This document shows, piece after piece, positions 24,004-37,785 of a stretch of DNA of 64,000 nt; position 1 is the first letter of the stretch; each line of letters begins with the position of its first letter. Made by a program: the position numbers and the translations under genes. The DNA is from Mizuhopecten yessoensis (Eukaryota), in NCBI RefSeq assembly GCF_002113885.1, contig NW_018407364.1, positions 555,224 to 619,223 on the forward strand, given 5' to 3'. The notes under the pieces are model-generated. The model made no database searches. It was not told the DNA's origin and was given only the letters and a program-made list of their open reading frames with translations.

Positions 24004-25680
24004 TGAGGCAACACATTGCTGCTCCGACATGAACACACTGAGTCAACACATTGCTGCTCAGTCATGAACACATTGCTGCTCAAACATGAACACATTGGGT
24101 CTGCACATTGCTGCTCAAACAAAAACACATTGCTGCTCAGTCATGAACACACAGAGTCGGCACATTGCTGCTCAGACATGAACACACTGGGTCAACACAT
24201 TGCTGCTCAGTTATGAACACACGGAGTCGGCACATTGCTGCTCAGACATGAACACACTGAGTCAACATATTGCTGCTCAGTCATGAACACACCGAGTCGG
24301 CACATTGCTGCTCAGACATAAACACACTGAGTCAACACATTGCTGCTCAGTCATGAACACACCGAGTCGGCACATTGCTGCTCAATCAGAAACACACATT
24401 GCTGCTAAATCAGAAACACGTTGCTGCTTAATCAGAAACACACTTAGTCAACACATTGCTGCTCAGTTATGAACATACTGAGTCAACACATTGCTGCTCA
24501 ATCAGAAACACACTGAGTCAACGCATTGCTGCTCAATCAGAAACACTGAGTCAACACATTGCTGCTCAGTCATGAACACACTGAGTCAAACACATTGCTG
24601 CTCAGTCATGAACACACTGAGTCAACACTGCTGCTCAATCAGAAACACTGAGTCAGCACATTGCTGCTCAATCAGAAACACGTATTGTGCTCAATCAGAA
24701 ACACACTGAGTCAACATATTGCTGCTCAGTTAAGAACATACTGAGTCAACACATTGCTTCTCAATCAGAAACACACTGAGTAAACGCATTGCTGCTAAGA
24801 CATTAAAACATCGAGTCAACACTGCTGCTCAATCAGAAACACTGAGTCAACACATTGCTGCTCAGTTATGAACATACTGAGTCAACACATTGCTGCTCAA
24901 TCAGAAACACACTGAGTCAACGCATTGCTGCTAAGACATTAAAACATCGAGTCAACACTGCTGTCATTCAGAAACACCGAGTCAACACATTGCTGCTCAA
25001 TCAGAAACACACTGAGTCAACACATTGCTGCTCAATCAGAAACACACTGAGTCAACGCATTGCTGCTAAGACATGAACACACAGAGTCAACACTGCTGCT
25101 CATTCAGAAACACCGAGTCATCGCATTGCTGCTAAGACATTAAAACATCGAGTCAACACTGCTGCTCATTCAGAAACACACTGAGTCAACACATTGCTTC
25201 TCAATCAGAAACACACTGAGTCAACGCATTGCTGCTAAGACATTAAAACATCGAGTCAACACTGCCGCTCAATCAGAAACACTGAGTCAACACATTGCTG
25301 CTCAATCATGAACACACTGAGTCAACACATTGCTGGTAAACACATTGCTGCTCAGACATGAACACACCCGAGTCAACATGTCCTTGCTCAGACATGAACA
25401 CACAGTCAACACTGCTGCTCATTCAGAAACACTGAGTCAACACATTGCTGCTCAGACATGAACACACCCGAGTCAACATGTCCTTGCTCAGTCATGAACA
25501 CACCGAGTCAACATGTCCTTGCTCAGTCATGAACACACACAGTCAACATGTCCTTGCTCAGTCATGAACACACACAGTCAACATACTGCTACTCAGTTAT
25601 GAACAAAATGAGTCAACATCTCCCTGCTCAGTCATGAATACGCTTGTCACAAGAGTCAACAAACTGCTGCTCGGTCATGA
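24004..25680. repeat. 35-bp minisatellite in the thymosin intron (CATGAACACACTGAGTCAACACATTGCTGCTCAGT), roughly 45-50 units, degenerate edges to ~23780 and ~25780
   Basis: Direct reading of tandem units with AATCAGAAAC and AAGACATTAAAAC variants. Confidence 0.93.
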
Positions 25681-27423
25681 AAACGGTTACGCCAAGTCTA
25701 CGTATTCCCACTCGTTCATTATCGCACTGAGTTAACATATCTCCCGGTCAGTATTGTATCCGCAAAGTCAACACATCACTTCACCGTTAGATTTTTTAAG
25801 AACCGGCATGTACTGCTCACAGTTATACACACAACACATTGGTATAAACATTCGTTGAAAGCATATTATTTTGGTTTACTGATAATGCCAAGTCGTATTT
25901 TCTTCGGTGGCCTCGTGGTGTTTATTTTGACTCACCGATGGCCTGTCGGAGGAGGATGACGCAGTTTATCTCTGCCAAGTGCCAGATTAATGTCCATGGC
26001 CATTTCTTATAGATAAAACTCGGGACATCATATGAATATTTATATCGGCGAAAGTGTACTCGTCAATGGACTAGTAACACGAGAAGATAATGCTTGCCGA
26101 TGCGACTATATACATGTACAAAATATAGATTTTCTCGAGCTGCGATACACGTACCGACTGTGGTCTACGAGATATCTCTCAAATGTCTGGTAAACCGATC
26201 GGACGTAGATTTGACTGATTTTTGGGGAAAGTAGTGTTTGACGATGAATCATCCCTCTTCATCAATTTCCTCCCGAAAATGCTCCCCATTCACCCCCTCC
26301 CGCGCCCCACCACCGTGCTGCGGTAGAGGAGTGGCTAATGGTGACTCGGTGTAATGGCACAGTATGACTCCGAGTAGGTGTCCCGGGTCTGACCTGATGA
26401 TTTTCCCAAATTAGCATCATCACATGTACAATGATTTCTGGCCTCGGCAGTGTCTACATGGGAACCGGTCCGACCTCGTCAAGAGAGTGACCATGATATA
26501 CGGTGACCAGACTATTTTAGTGAAATTACATTTTGAAGTGGCTCTGGATTGGAAACCATCTTGATACGATGCTAAACAAAGACGGTATTAACATTCTGTA
26601 ACGAAACCAGAATCGTTTCGACTTGTCCCCATAAACTGCATAATTCACCCGACTCTGCGGCATTTCACTGCACTCCATTATCAATTTACATCATTTATTA
26701 TTTATAATCTATTCTGCAGATATAAGTAAAGTATGTTACAAGTCCATTTGCAATCAGAAACACTTGGAACGCGATGATTTCTGTGTCTACGGGGATGTTT
26801 CAAGAGCACGTGCGCTTTATTGAATCTAGACATTACGTCATTCTTGTTGGAGAGTAATCGATTAAACGAACAACAGGAATTTGTTTCAACTCGTGCTGCT
26901 AACTTCACATTTGTACATTTCAAAGATGAACCCTACACTTCCCGCTCCGTAATATAGACCTGTTACGGCCAGGCTGTTGTAAAAAACATACTTGGGGAAT
27001 GTCTCGGAATGCGTTTTTTTAACTGGCAGAAGTATTTTTGCTATTTTTACCGGGTCTGGGTCTGTCTAGTTTGTGGTATGCATTAGGTACCATGCGTATT
27101 TTATTCGGGGAGCGCTTTGTTGTTATTTATTATGTTCAAGAGGGAGCGTCTCGAACACTTAAAACATATATGCAAGAAGCCGAGAACATTGGCGTAATTA
27201 TGTGTGGTAGAAATGAAAAGTTTCGTTGTTTCTGAAAAGGTATCGAATTTCTATGCAAGAATAAATTGGTTTCAAATTTCAAAACACTTGCACGCACATT
27301 GAATTAACTGGTTAATACAATGAAGCACTTTAACAAAATCACCATACAATTTAATACATGAATTTTCATCTATTGTTCAGCTCTGCATAATACTTAACAG
27401 ATTCTTGTTTTCTGTCTTTGTAG

Positions 27424-27449
27424 CAATTGAGCAAGAAAAGAAAGCGTGA
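27424..27449 (+). CDS. TMSB: Beta-thymosin, coding exon 2 (TIEQEKKA-stop)
   Basis: Polypyrimidine acceptor TTTTCTGTCTTTGTAG|CA ATT GAG CAA GAA AAG AAA GCG TGA completes the canonical ETIEQEK C-terminus; 41 aa total. Absent from the ORF track. Confidence 0.92.
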
Positions 27450-27718
27450 CGGATCTTGATGTCACGTGATCGGGATGGAGAATATACGTCCATGTTGTCG
27501 TTGCCAGTGGAAACAGTGCTTTTCGGAAATCTCGCGAGATTTCTGCTGTCATTATACATATAAACGTTTTATATTAAAATAATTCCATTTGTACATTGAA
27601 GATGACCAGTATCATTAGAATGTATTCATACCAACTTGCTAACATTCGGCTATCATATGATTATTTCTTTGTGTATAACTCTACATACCGTGATCGAAAT
27701 CATGTGTTTTATTAACGA

Positions 27719-27724
27719 AATAAA
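27719..27724 (+). promoter_or_regulatory. Candidate thymosin polyadenylation signal AATAAA
   Basis: AATAAA 270 nt after the stop, followed by T/GT-rich sequence. Confidence 0.55.
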
Positions 27725-28161
27725 ATTCTGAGGTCGAGCCACGGTTTTTTCGAGGCTTCTTGTATGAAAAGTGTTGTTTTCATTTTTATAGAGATTTTAT
27801 TGACAGCTGACATACATTTTTGCTGCATGACGGATGTTGCGTGTTTTGCCTAGTCAAATCCCGCTGAGAACTTGAACATCACGACAAAAGATCCCAAATT
27901 GTATGAAAGGTTCTTCAAAATGTCTAAATCGTCCCAGAGTTGTTCTAAACATTTGGAGTGACGATGTAATATAATTGAGCATGAATCGAAAATTATAAAA
28001 GTCCGACTTTTGACGCAAGAAAAAGGAAATTAATTGAACATGTATAATCTGAGAAATATGCCTTTACTTTTTGGCGTTTTCCAAACCTTTAAGAGACATT
28101 GAAAATGATTTTATGCATTTCTATGTGTAAATATCATAATTAAGCATGATTTTACTACGGC

Positions 28162-31100
28162 TTGGGACCCGACCATGTAGTTACCGTGAATGTCCACCTG
28201 GGACCCAATGTAGTTCCCGGGACCAGATCATATAGTTACCGTGAATACCCACATAGGACCCGACCATTTAGTTACCATGAATTCCCACCTTGGACCTGAC
28301 CATGTAGTTACCGTGAATACCCACCTGGGACCTGACCATTTAGTTACCGTGAAGACCCACCTTGGACCTGACCATGTAGTTACCGTGTATACCCACCTGG
28401 GACCTGACCATGTAGTTACCGTGAATACCCACCTGGGACCCGACCATGTAGTTACCGTGAATACCCACCTGGGACCTGACCATGTAGTTACCGTGAATAC
28501 CCACATAGGACCCGACCATTTAGTTACCGTGAATGCCCACCTGGGACCTGACCATTAGTTACCGTGATTACCCACATAGGACCCGACCATTTAGTTATCA
28601 TGAATGCCCACCTGGGACCTGACCATGTAGTTACCGTGAATACCCACCTGGGACCCGACCATGTAATTACCGTGAATGCCCACCTGGGACCCGACCATGT
28701 AGTTACCATGAATGCCCACCTGGGACCTGACCATTTAGTTACCGTGAATGCCCACCTGGGACCTGACCATTAGGTACCGTGATTACCCACATAGGACCCG
28801 ACCATGTAGTTATCGTGAATGCCCACCTGGGACCTGACCATTAGTTACCGTGATTACCCACATAGGCCCCGACCATTTAGTTATCATGAATGCCCACCTG
28901 GGACCTGACCATGTAGTTACCATGAATACCCACCTGGGACCTGACCATGTAGTTACCATGAATACCCACCTGGGACCCGACCATGTAGTTACCATGAATG
29001 CCCACCTGGGACCCGACCATGTTGTAGTTACCGTGAATGCCCACCTGGGATCCGACCATGTAGTTACTGTGAATACCCACCTGGGACCCGACCATGTAGT
29101 TACAGTGAATGCCCACCTGGGACCCGACCATGTTGTAGTTACCGTGAATGCCCACCTGGGACCCGCCCATTTAGTTACCGTGAATGCCCCCCTGGACCCG
29201 ACCATGTAGTTACCGTGAATACCCCCCAGGGACCCGACCGTGAATGTCCATCTGGGCCCCGACCATGTATTTACCGTGAATATCCACCTTGGACCCGACC
29301 ATGTAGTTACTGTGAATGCCCACCTGGGACCCGACCATTTAGTTACCGGGAATGCCCACCTGGGACCCGACCATGTTGTAGTTACCGTGAATGCCCACCT
29401 GGGATCCGACCATGTAGTTATCGTCAGTACCCACCTGGGACCCGACCATGTAGTTCCCGTGAATGCCCACCTGGACCCGACCATGTAGTTACCGTGAATG
29501 CCCCCCTGGACCCGACCATGTAGTTACCGTGAATACCCCCCAGGGACCCGACCGTGAATGTCCATCTGGGCCCCGACCATGTATTTACCGTGAATATCCA
29601 CCTTGGACCCGACCATGTAGTTACTGTGAATCCCCACCTGGGACCCGACCATGTAGTTACTGTGAATCCCCACCTGGGACCCGACCATGTAGTTACAGTG
29701 AATGACCACCTGGGACCCGACCATGTAGTTACAGTGAATGACCACCTGGGACCCGACCATGTAGTTACTGTGAATCTGGGATCCGACCATGTAGTTATCG
29801 TCAGTACCCACCTGGGACCCGACCATGTAGTTACAGTGAATGACCACCTGGGACCCGACCATGTAGTTACAGTGAATGCCCACCTGGGACCCGACCATTT
29901 AGTTACCATGAATGCCCACCTGGGACCCGACCATGTTGTAGTTACCGTGAATGCCCACCTGGGATCCGACCATGTAGTTACTGTGAATACCCACCTGGGA
30001 CCCGACCATGTAGTTCCCGTGAATGCCCACCTGGACCCGACCATGTAGTTACCGTGAATACCCACCAGGGACCCGACCGTGAATGTCCATCTGGGCCCCG
30101 ACCATGTATTTACCGTGAATATCCACCTTGGACACAACCATGTAGTTACCGTGAATGCCCACCTGGACCCGACCATGTAGTTACCGTGAATCCCCACCTG
30201 GGACCCGACCATGTAGTTACAGTGAATGACCACCTGGGACCCGACCATGTAGTTACCATGAATGCCCACCTGGGACCCGACCATGTAGGTTACCGTGTAA
30301 ACCCACCTGGGACCTGACCATGGAGTTACCGTGTATACCCACCTGGGACCCAACCATGTAGTTACCGTGAATCCCCCCCTGGGACCCGACCATGTAGTTA
30401 CTGTGAATACCCACCTGGGACCCGACCATGTAGTTACCATGAATGCCCACCTGGGACCTGACCATGTAGTTACCGTGAATCCCCACCTGGGACCCGACCA
30501 TGTAGTTACAGTGAATGACCACCTGGGACCCGACCATGTAGTTACAGTGAATGACCACCTGGGACCCGACCATGTAGTTACAGTGAATGACCACCTGGGA
30601 CCCGACCATGTAGTTACGGTGAATGCTCATCTAAGACCCGATCATGTAGTTACCGTGAATGCCCACCTTGGACCCGATCATGTAGTTATCGTGAATGCTC
30701 ACCTGGGACCCGACCATGTAGGTACCGTGAATGCCCACCTGGGACCCGACCATTTAGTTACTGTGAATGCCCACCTAGGACCCAACCATGTAGTTACCGT
30801 GAATACCCACCAGGGACCCGACCGTGAATGTCCATCTGGGCCCCGACCATGTATTTACCGTGAATATCCACCTTGGACACAACCATGTAGTTACCGTGAA
30901 TGCCCACCTTGGACCCGACCATGTAGTTACTGTGAATGCCCACCTAGGACCCGACCATGTAGTTACCGTGAATGCCCACCTAGGACCCGACCATGTAGTT
31001 ACCGTGAATGTCCACCTTGGACCCGACCATGTAGTCACCGTGAATACCCACCTGGGACCCGACCATGTAGTTACCATGAATGCCCACCTGGGACCTGACC

Positions 31101-32599
31101 ATTAGGTACCGTGATTACCCACATAGGACCCGACCATGTAGTTATCGTGAATGCCCACCTGGGACCTGACCATTTAGTTACCGTGAATGCCCACCTGGGA
31201 CCCGACCATGTAGTTACCGTGAATGCTCATCTAAGACCCGATCATGTAGTTACCGTGAATGCCCACCTTGGACCCGACCATTTAGTTACTGTGAATGCCC
31301 ACCTAGGACCCAACCATGTAGTTACCGTGAATACCCACCTGGGACCCGACCATGTAGTTGCCGTGAATACCCACCTGGGACCAGACCATGTAGTTACTGT
31401 GAATGCCCACCTGGGGCCCGACCATGTAGTTACCGTGAGCACCGACCATGTAGTTATCGTCAATACCCACCTGGGACCCGACCATTTAGTTAGTGTGAAT
31501 GCCCACCTAGGACCCGACCATGTAGTTAACGTGAATGCCCACCTGGGACCCGCCCATGTAGTTCCTGTGAATGCCCACCTGGGGCCCGACCATGTAGTTA
31601 CCGTGAATGCCCACCTGGGACCCGACCATGTAGTTACCGTGAATGCTCACCTTGGACCCGACCATGTAGTTACCGTAAATGCCCACCTGGACCCGACCAT
31701 GTAGTTACCGTGAATGCCCACCTTGGACCCGACCATGAAGTTACCGTGAATGCCCACCTGGGACCCGACCATGTAGTTACCGTGAATGCCCACCTGGGAT
31801 CCGACCATGTAGTTACTGTGAATACCCACCTGGGACCCGACCATGTAGTTACTGTGAATCCCCACCTGGGATCCGACCATGTAGTTACCCTGAACACCGA
31901 CCATGTAGTTATCGTCAATACCCACCTGGGACCCGACCATGTAGTTACCGTGAATGCCCACCTTGGACCCGACCATGTAGTTACCGTGAATGCCCACCTG
32001 GGACCCGACCATGTAGTTACCGTGAATGCCCACCTGGGACCCGACCATGTAGTTACCGTGCATGCTCACCTTGGACCCGACCATGTAGTTACCGTAAATG
32101 CCCACCTGGACCCGACCATGTAGTTACCGTGAATGCCCCCCTGGGATCCGACCATTTAGTTACCGTGAATGGCCACCTGGGACCCGACCATGTAGTTACT
32201 GTGAATGCCCACCTGGGACCCGACCATGTAGTTACCGTGAATCCCCACCTGGGATCCGACCATGTAGTTACTGTGAATGCCCACCTGGGACCCGACCATG
32301 TAGTTACTGTGAATCCCCACCTGGGATCCGACCATGTAGTTACCCTGAACACCGACCATGTAGTTATCGTCAGTACCCACCTGGGACCCGACCATGTAGT
32401 TACCGTGAATGCCCACCTTGGACCCGACCATGTAGTTACCGTGAATGCCCACCTGGGACCCGACCATGTAGTTACCGTGAATGCCCACCTGGGACCCGAC
32501 CATGTAGTTACCGTGAATGCCCACCTGGGACCCGACCATGAAGTTACCGTGAATACCCACCTGGGACCCGACCATGTAGTTACCGTGAATGCTCACCTG
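28162..32599. repeat. 36-bp tandem array (GGGACCCGACCATGTAGTTACCGTGAATGCCCACCT), ~120 units
   Basis: Direct reading; explains all HLGPDHVVTVNA / WSGPRWAFTVTT / MVGSQVGIHGNY ORFs. Confidence 0.97.
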
Positions 32600-33480
32600 C
32601 AGTGTTCCGTAAGGAACGTTTCTCCTTTTCCAGATTTCGCATAATGAACAATGGAGGTTTGAAATAACTAATAAAAAAATCAGCTCGCAATTGACCGTTT
32701 CATCAATGAAAGAGAACGATATACAAAGGTCATTCAAGGACACTGGGAGGGTTGCTAATCTTTGACGACCAAATTAGTGTTTAAAGTTATTTCTTGTCCA
32801 AAACTTTTGAAGTGTACACATTTGTCAACTTATCGATGCATTGTCTTGAAAAACAAATAAATGTAATAACAATTATGCAAACCACATAAATGATATAGTC
32901 AGGAAGAATGCATGGTATATATATTTACATACAACGTCTACTTGACCTCATTAGTTTTCTATGTGTCCAAAGAGTTTTCTATTTGGTGTCAACAGATAGG
33001 TTTACGTTCCCACGAGTAAAATGGTCTCGCTGTGAGCGGCATTGGCAGACGATTCTTTGTGCCCTTGCAACAGAAATAGGATACAGTTTTGAAAAGTGCA
33101 TGTTTTATTTTTGAACTAGGACTGCAGGGTACTTGATCTTTGAAACAGACTGTTCATAATTCATAATAATGTATGCATTAAAATAACCTCAGATTTGACT
33201 GTTTACGACGTAACATTATTATGATATTGATGATGACGTAATGAATTTCGCCATTCTAAGTTGAGCGTTATTGTGAGGACGTTAATTAACATTAGTTATT
33301 ACTATAATGGGGCTATGACTGGAAATTTAACCACCCATTCCACGAATTGCCAACCTGTTGAAGAATTATCTGCGCGTAGTGAGAATCAATACGATGACGT
33401 CACAAGAACGATCAAATATGACGTCACAATCGGTTTGAGACAGAATTGTTTCTTTGTACGCGTTTTGTTTGCCATACACT

Positions 33481-33639
33481 TAAGGAATGATTTTTTTTTT
33501 TCAACATTTATGAGGTCATAACAACAATGGGTTTATGGACATATTGAATGAATCGCGTTAGCGATTCATGTAAAATATGTCCAAAAACCCATTGTTGGTA
33601 TGACCTCATAAATGTTGAAAAAATAAATATCATTCCTTA
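33481..33639. repeat. Long near-perfect palindrome (~78-bp arms, GTTA loop)
   Basis: TAAGGAATGA...ATGAATCGC GTTA GCGATTCAT...TCATTCCTTA. Confidence 0.85.
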
Positions 33640-35588
33640 TATTTACATTGACGAATCCTTTCAGTGGATCGATATAACAACTAATAAAACAAATAAACAG
33701 GGTTTGTTCCTGCTTATACACGGGTGCAACGCAGTGGCGAGAACAGTGTTTTTTCGCTGGGAAATGTGACACTATCGTAAGAGATCTTACCAACCGTCAA
33801 CAACAAGAACACAACAAAATGTAGTTCCATATTCAATGTTTATTTGTAGCACAGGACACGTGAATACGTGGATATTTCACCAAGCACAGTTCAATAATAT
33901 TTTAAGATGTAAGAATTAAGCATCTAGGTCGGTCGTTCCGAGTGAGTAGTTTTTGTAGTGTATTACTACGCAGTGTGATAAGGTTACTATCAGTTCCCAC
34001 GTGCTGAGATTCTATGAACACCTGTGTTATGCATTTATGAATGTAATTTTTGTCAATGGGTCTAAGCATACAGAATGTAAATATATGGAAATGATAGAAA
34101 TTTTGAAACAGTTGAAACAGGAGACAATTTTGGTGTGAATGGTGACGGAGAAAGGCCGACTATAAGAAACGATAAGTCGATAAGCAAAATGAAACCTAGT
34201 GGATAATAGAAATCCCTAAAATGTTCTGACATATAACTTTCAGGTAGTAGACGATATCGAAACATTTGAATTTTAAAAGGGTACTTTGTTACTTAGGACT
34301 AATACACGTCTGAACGACAACGAATATCAACAAAACAAGAGTATGGTTGTGACGTCATTGACGTGGCGTTTGCTCCTATCCAACAAATCGCTTAATAAGG
34401 TTCCGAGAATAACGCTTAAAATTCCTGGGGGNTTAGCATTTGATTTAGGTTTTAGACGTGCCCTGAGTAGATTGTATGGCGTGTGGAGCCTAACAGCTTT
34501 TCTCCAAGCGCACGTCACGTGACAAATACAAATTTAGCATTTTGTATCTTCTTTTTTCGTGTTTCTTTCATATTCATAAACATAATAAATCTGTACAGAA
34601 AATTCTGAATATATACAACACGCTTGCATCGATGACAAAAATCTGATATGGAATACAGGACAGTGCCGGTCGATAATGGAAATAGGTTCCTGGAGCCGTG
34701 CTGGTTTTACCCAGATCACCAGAAGCATGTCACAAAACAATACCGGAAATCAATAAGGAAGTACTGTTCATGAGGCTTGGATGTGTTGACTGTGGATCGG
34801 GGTTACTTCGTAGGATTTAATCAGTCCAAATAGCAGTAAATAACACCACTGTGTTACAGAACATAATGTTTGAATTTTTGTTTTGTTTTTTGTTTTGTAA
34901 AATTGCTGGGAATAATTTCAAGAAGTGCAGACCCCCCTGTAAATTTCAATCATGCTTAAAATATTTCAAGTATAAAGGGCCTACCGCCATTTAAAATGAT
35001 TTCCGTAGACTTCCATATTAGGTTAGGCTCAGAGATTTATACCTGGAGCAAACTCCGCCGTGTATAAACATTGAATAAGCTTTGTTATAAAAAAAATCGT
35101 AGCAAACCAGAAAGAAATGTGGAAGAAATAGGAAGGAGAACAGCATATTTTTTCCCGCGACCAATCACGCATTATCGACTTTGTACTGCGGACGTGTCTT
35201 TTCTTTACTGTCAGGTCGCCTGCCGGCTTATTTCCTTGTATGCTATCTTTTAAACTACATCGGACGCTGACTACAATATATTCTAAGGAAATTAGATTAA
35301 AACTGCAGGTCCGTGAAAAATTGTCAATAGGCACATGACGCGGATAAAAAAATTCACGATAAGAAACAGGAAGAGGGAAGTATGTATATACAATATGACG
35401 TAATGGATAATGACCGAAGAAAATTGAATTAAAACAGGAAAATTTAATCATGCTTAAAATATTTCAAGGATAAAGGGTCATACCACCATTTAAAATGTTG
35501 ATTTCAATACTACGAGAGATATGAACCTATTCAGTTAAGACTGGATCGTTTGGATACTGTTGGATACAACAGCCCCTACCCCCAACTC

Positions 35589-35922
35589 CATCCTCGATAT
35601 CCAAGGGTTACGTTCACTTACGCTCTCCGCATCCCTGGAATATTTCATAGCAAAATTGATGGTTCAGTGTGCGCCATCTTGTGGATGAGACCAGAATACT
35701 AGTTTGATCCTTTGTTAACATCAAAAGAATCTCGCGGTCGCGTGACGGCAAAACTTACTAGCTTGAAGTCGGATGTCGGATGTATCAGCCTAGTGATTGA
35801 TCATGTTATTTTTAACCCGAGACCGTTCGAATAGCTGGACACCACGTGTCTTCAATTTTGCTATGACATATCCCAGGGGAGCAGAGAGCGAAAGTTAGTG
35901 TAACCCCTGGATATCAAGGATG
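35589..35922. mobile_element. hAT-like MITE with ~70-bp TIRs and 8-bp TSD
   Basis: CATCCTCGATATCCAAGGGTTAC...GTAACCCCTGGATATCAAGGATG; flanks CCCAACTC / CCCTACTC (7 of 8). Confidence 0.85.
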
Positions 35923-36328
35923 CCCTACTCCCATCCGCAATGAAACCGACCAATGTAATCGGTCAACCGCTGGTGACAAACAGGTTGCGGTTCTAATAGG
36001 AGTTTCCGCGTTCAAAGATACCGGGTTAAAAGATCCCGATTTTTTCTACACAATGTGCTCGGAACTAAATGTTGATTAAAAACCGTATAAAATACTACAT
36101 GTGGGTGGATTCAAGTTTCATGCCACATAATCACGCTTTGTTGTTAAATATCGAACGTAAACTATTTTTACATAATGCCCTTGTAACTCACAGTAAAACT
36201 CACAGGCTGTGTTAAACACACTTTGCGTGTACCCTGTGTTAGTGTTGTGACACTATGTCAATGTGCTGACTGTAAATCTTCATCCGTGTAGTAACATAGT
36301 CATTGACACAGATCTGTTGAAACAAACT

Positions 36329-36548
36329 CACAGGGACCTGATAATTTGTTACATCTATATTTGGAACTAAACTATAAACCCCTAAAACGTGTTAAGTTAC
36401 GCTGAACATCTTACATGTAGTTTAGGTAAACATCATTGAGGTGGCATTTTTACCGAAAGTCGATCTAAACCTCTAAAACGTGTAAAATTCCTTTGAACAC
36501 CTTAGTTAAGGTCCAAATATAGCTGAAACTAATTATCATGTCCCTGTG
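36329..36548. mobile_element. MITE, CACAGGGACCTGA-TIR family
   Basis: CACAGGGACCTGATAATTTG...AATTATCATGTCCCTGTG. Confidence 0.8.
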
Positions 36549-36577
36549 CACAAACACAAAATGTCTGTACTCAGTCC

Positions 36578-36786
36578 CACAGGGACTTGATAATCAATTA
36601 CATATGTAACAACCAACACAAACACCACTATGTCTGTGATCAGTCCCACAGGGACACAAACTAATTACGTATGTAACTTTGAGCTTCATCTGATATATTC
36701 ATATGCATAAGGAGTATTAGTAGGTGTTTTAGGGGGTTACAATTTTAGATCATATACCACCTTTGACTGATTATCGGGTGCCTGTG
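36578..36786. mobile_element. Related CACAGGG-TIR MITE with internal duplication of its left end
   Basis: CACAGGGACTTGATAATCA...TGATTATCGGGTGCCTGTG; TCAGTCCCACAGGGAC occurs twice. Confidence 0.55.
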
Positions 36787-37007
36787 ATCAGTACAGGTCG
36801 CCTCACAACATTGATTACAATGTTTGCATAAGTATCGCCACATAAATAGAAATTATTGTTTTACAACATACTTACATGTTGATAGTGCTGGAATGTGATA
36901 TGACAGACCGGAAAGACTGACCGTTAATTGCTCCGGCCATACATGTTGACCTTTACGCAAGCCGATCAGTAAAATGAACGGACTCTGATAAACGTAAGTG
37001 TCCGGAC

Positions 37008-37146
37008 AACAGGGGCTAGACACGGACGTACGTCACTATAAAATGATTGCCAGCTGGTGGTTTCATAGTCCAGAGTAGTAGAAAGGTTAAATAAGCAACT
37101 GACAATCATGAATTATGGTGACGTGGGTCCGTGTCTAGCCCCTGTG
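37008..37146. mobile_element. MITE with TIR CAGGGGCTAGACACGGAC
   Basis: Perfect 18-bp inverted repeat at 37010-37027 and 37127-37144. Confidence 0.7.
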
Positions 37147-37785
37147 GGCCGGACGGACAAATCTGTTTCTCTCACCGGAAAAAAACAAATCGCAGAAGTC
37201 GCTCCGGTCGGACGGACCGACATCCATTCACGACGACCGGACGGACGGACGGACTTTTATGCACACCAGACTCTATAGACAGGCAAATTGACCGTTGCTC
37301 ACTTCAGATAGACGAAAATGGACCGTTATATAATGTTATGCACACTATTCAGACTGTGTGAGCATAAGGAAAACCCATAGAGAACAAAGAGTATGTAAAA
37401 AATGTCTTATCCTAGAAGTTGAAGCACACGTCTTCTTCAGGTTTTATCTACTGACAATATTCAACTAATGCTTGACTCTTTGCTTATTAATAAAAAAAAA
37501 GTCACTTCAACTGAGAAAAACAGTCTGTGTAAGTCATATGCTGTTAAAATTTTTAAAGTTCCTTATTATGTTGTTTTGTTAAAAAGAAAGTAACAAAACA
37601 TTGAATTGAATTGAATTGAAATGCATTATAATAACTTGTTCTCTACCATCTTAACAGCACCATGGTCCCACAAACAAACTAATATTTACCCCACTATGAC
37701 ATACTCATTGTTACCGAATGTTGTTCCCGGTACATGTCGCAGCATCACTTTCGCTCTCTGCATTCTCCAGTATCGAGTATGATGT

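Noticed and set aside
24016-25076. Cys/His-rich ORFs resembling metal-binding proteins
   Set aside because: Translations of the 35-bp minisatellite, whose unit is not a multiple of 3.
28228-32743. Many repetitive ORFs (His-rich, Trp-rich, Cys/Pro-rich) up to 338 aa
   Set aside because: All derive from a 36-bp tandem unit; open on both strands, broken by frequent frame-shifting variants, with no start or splice context.
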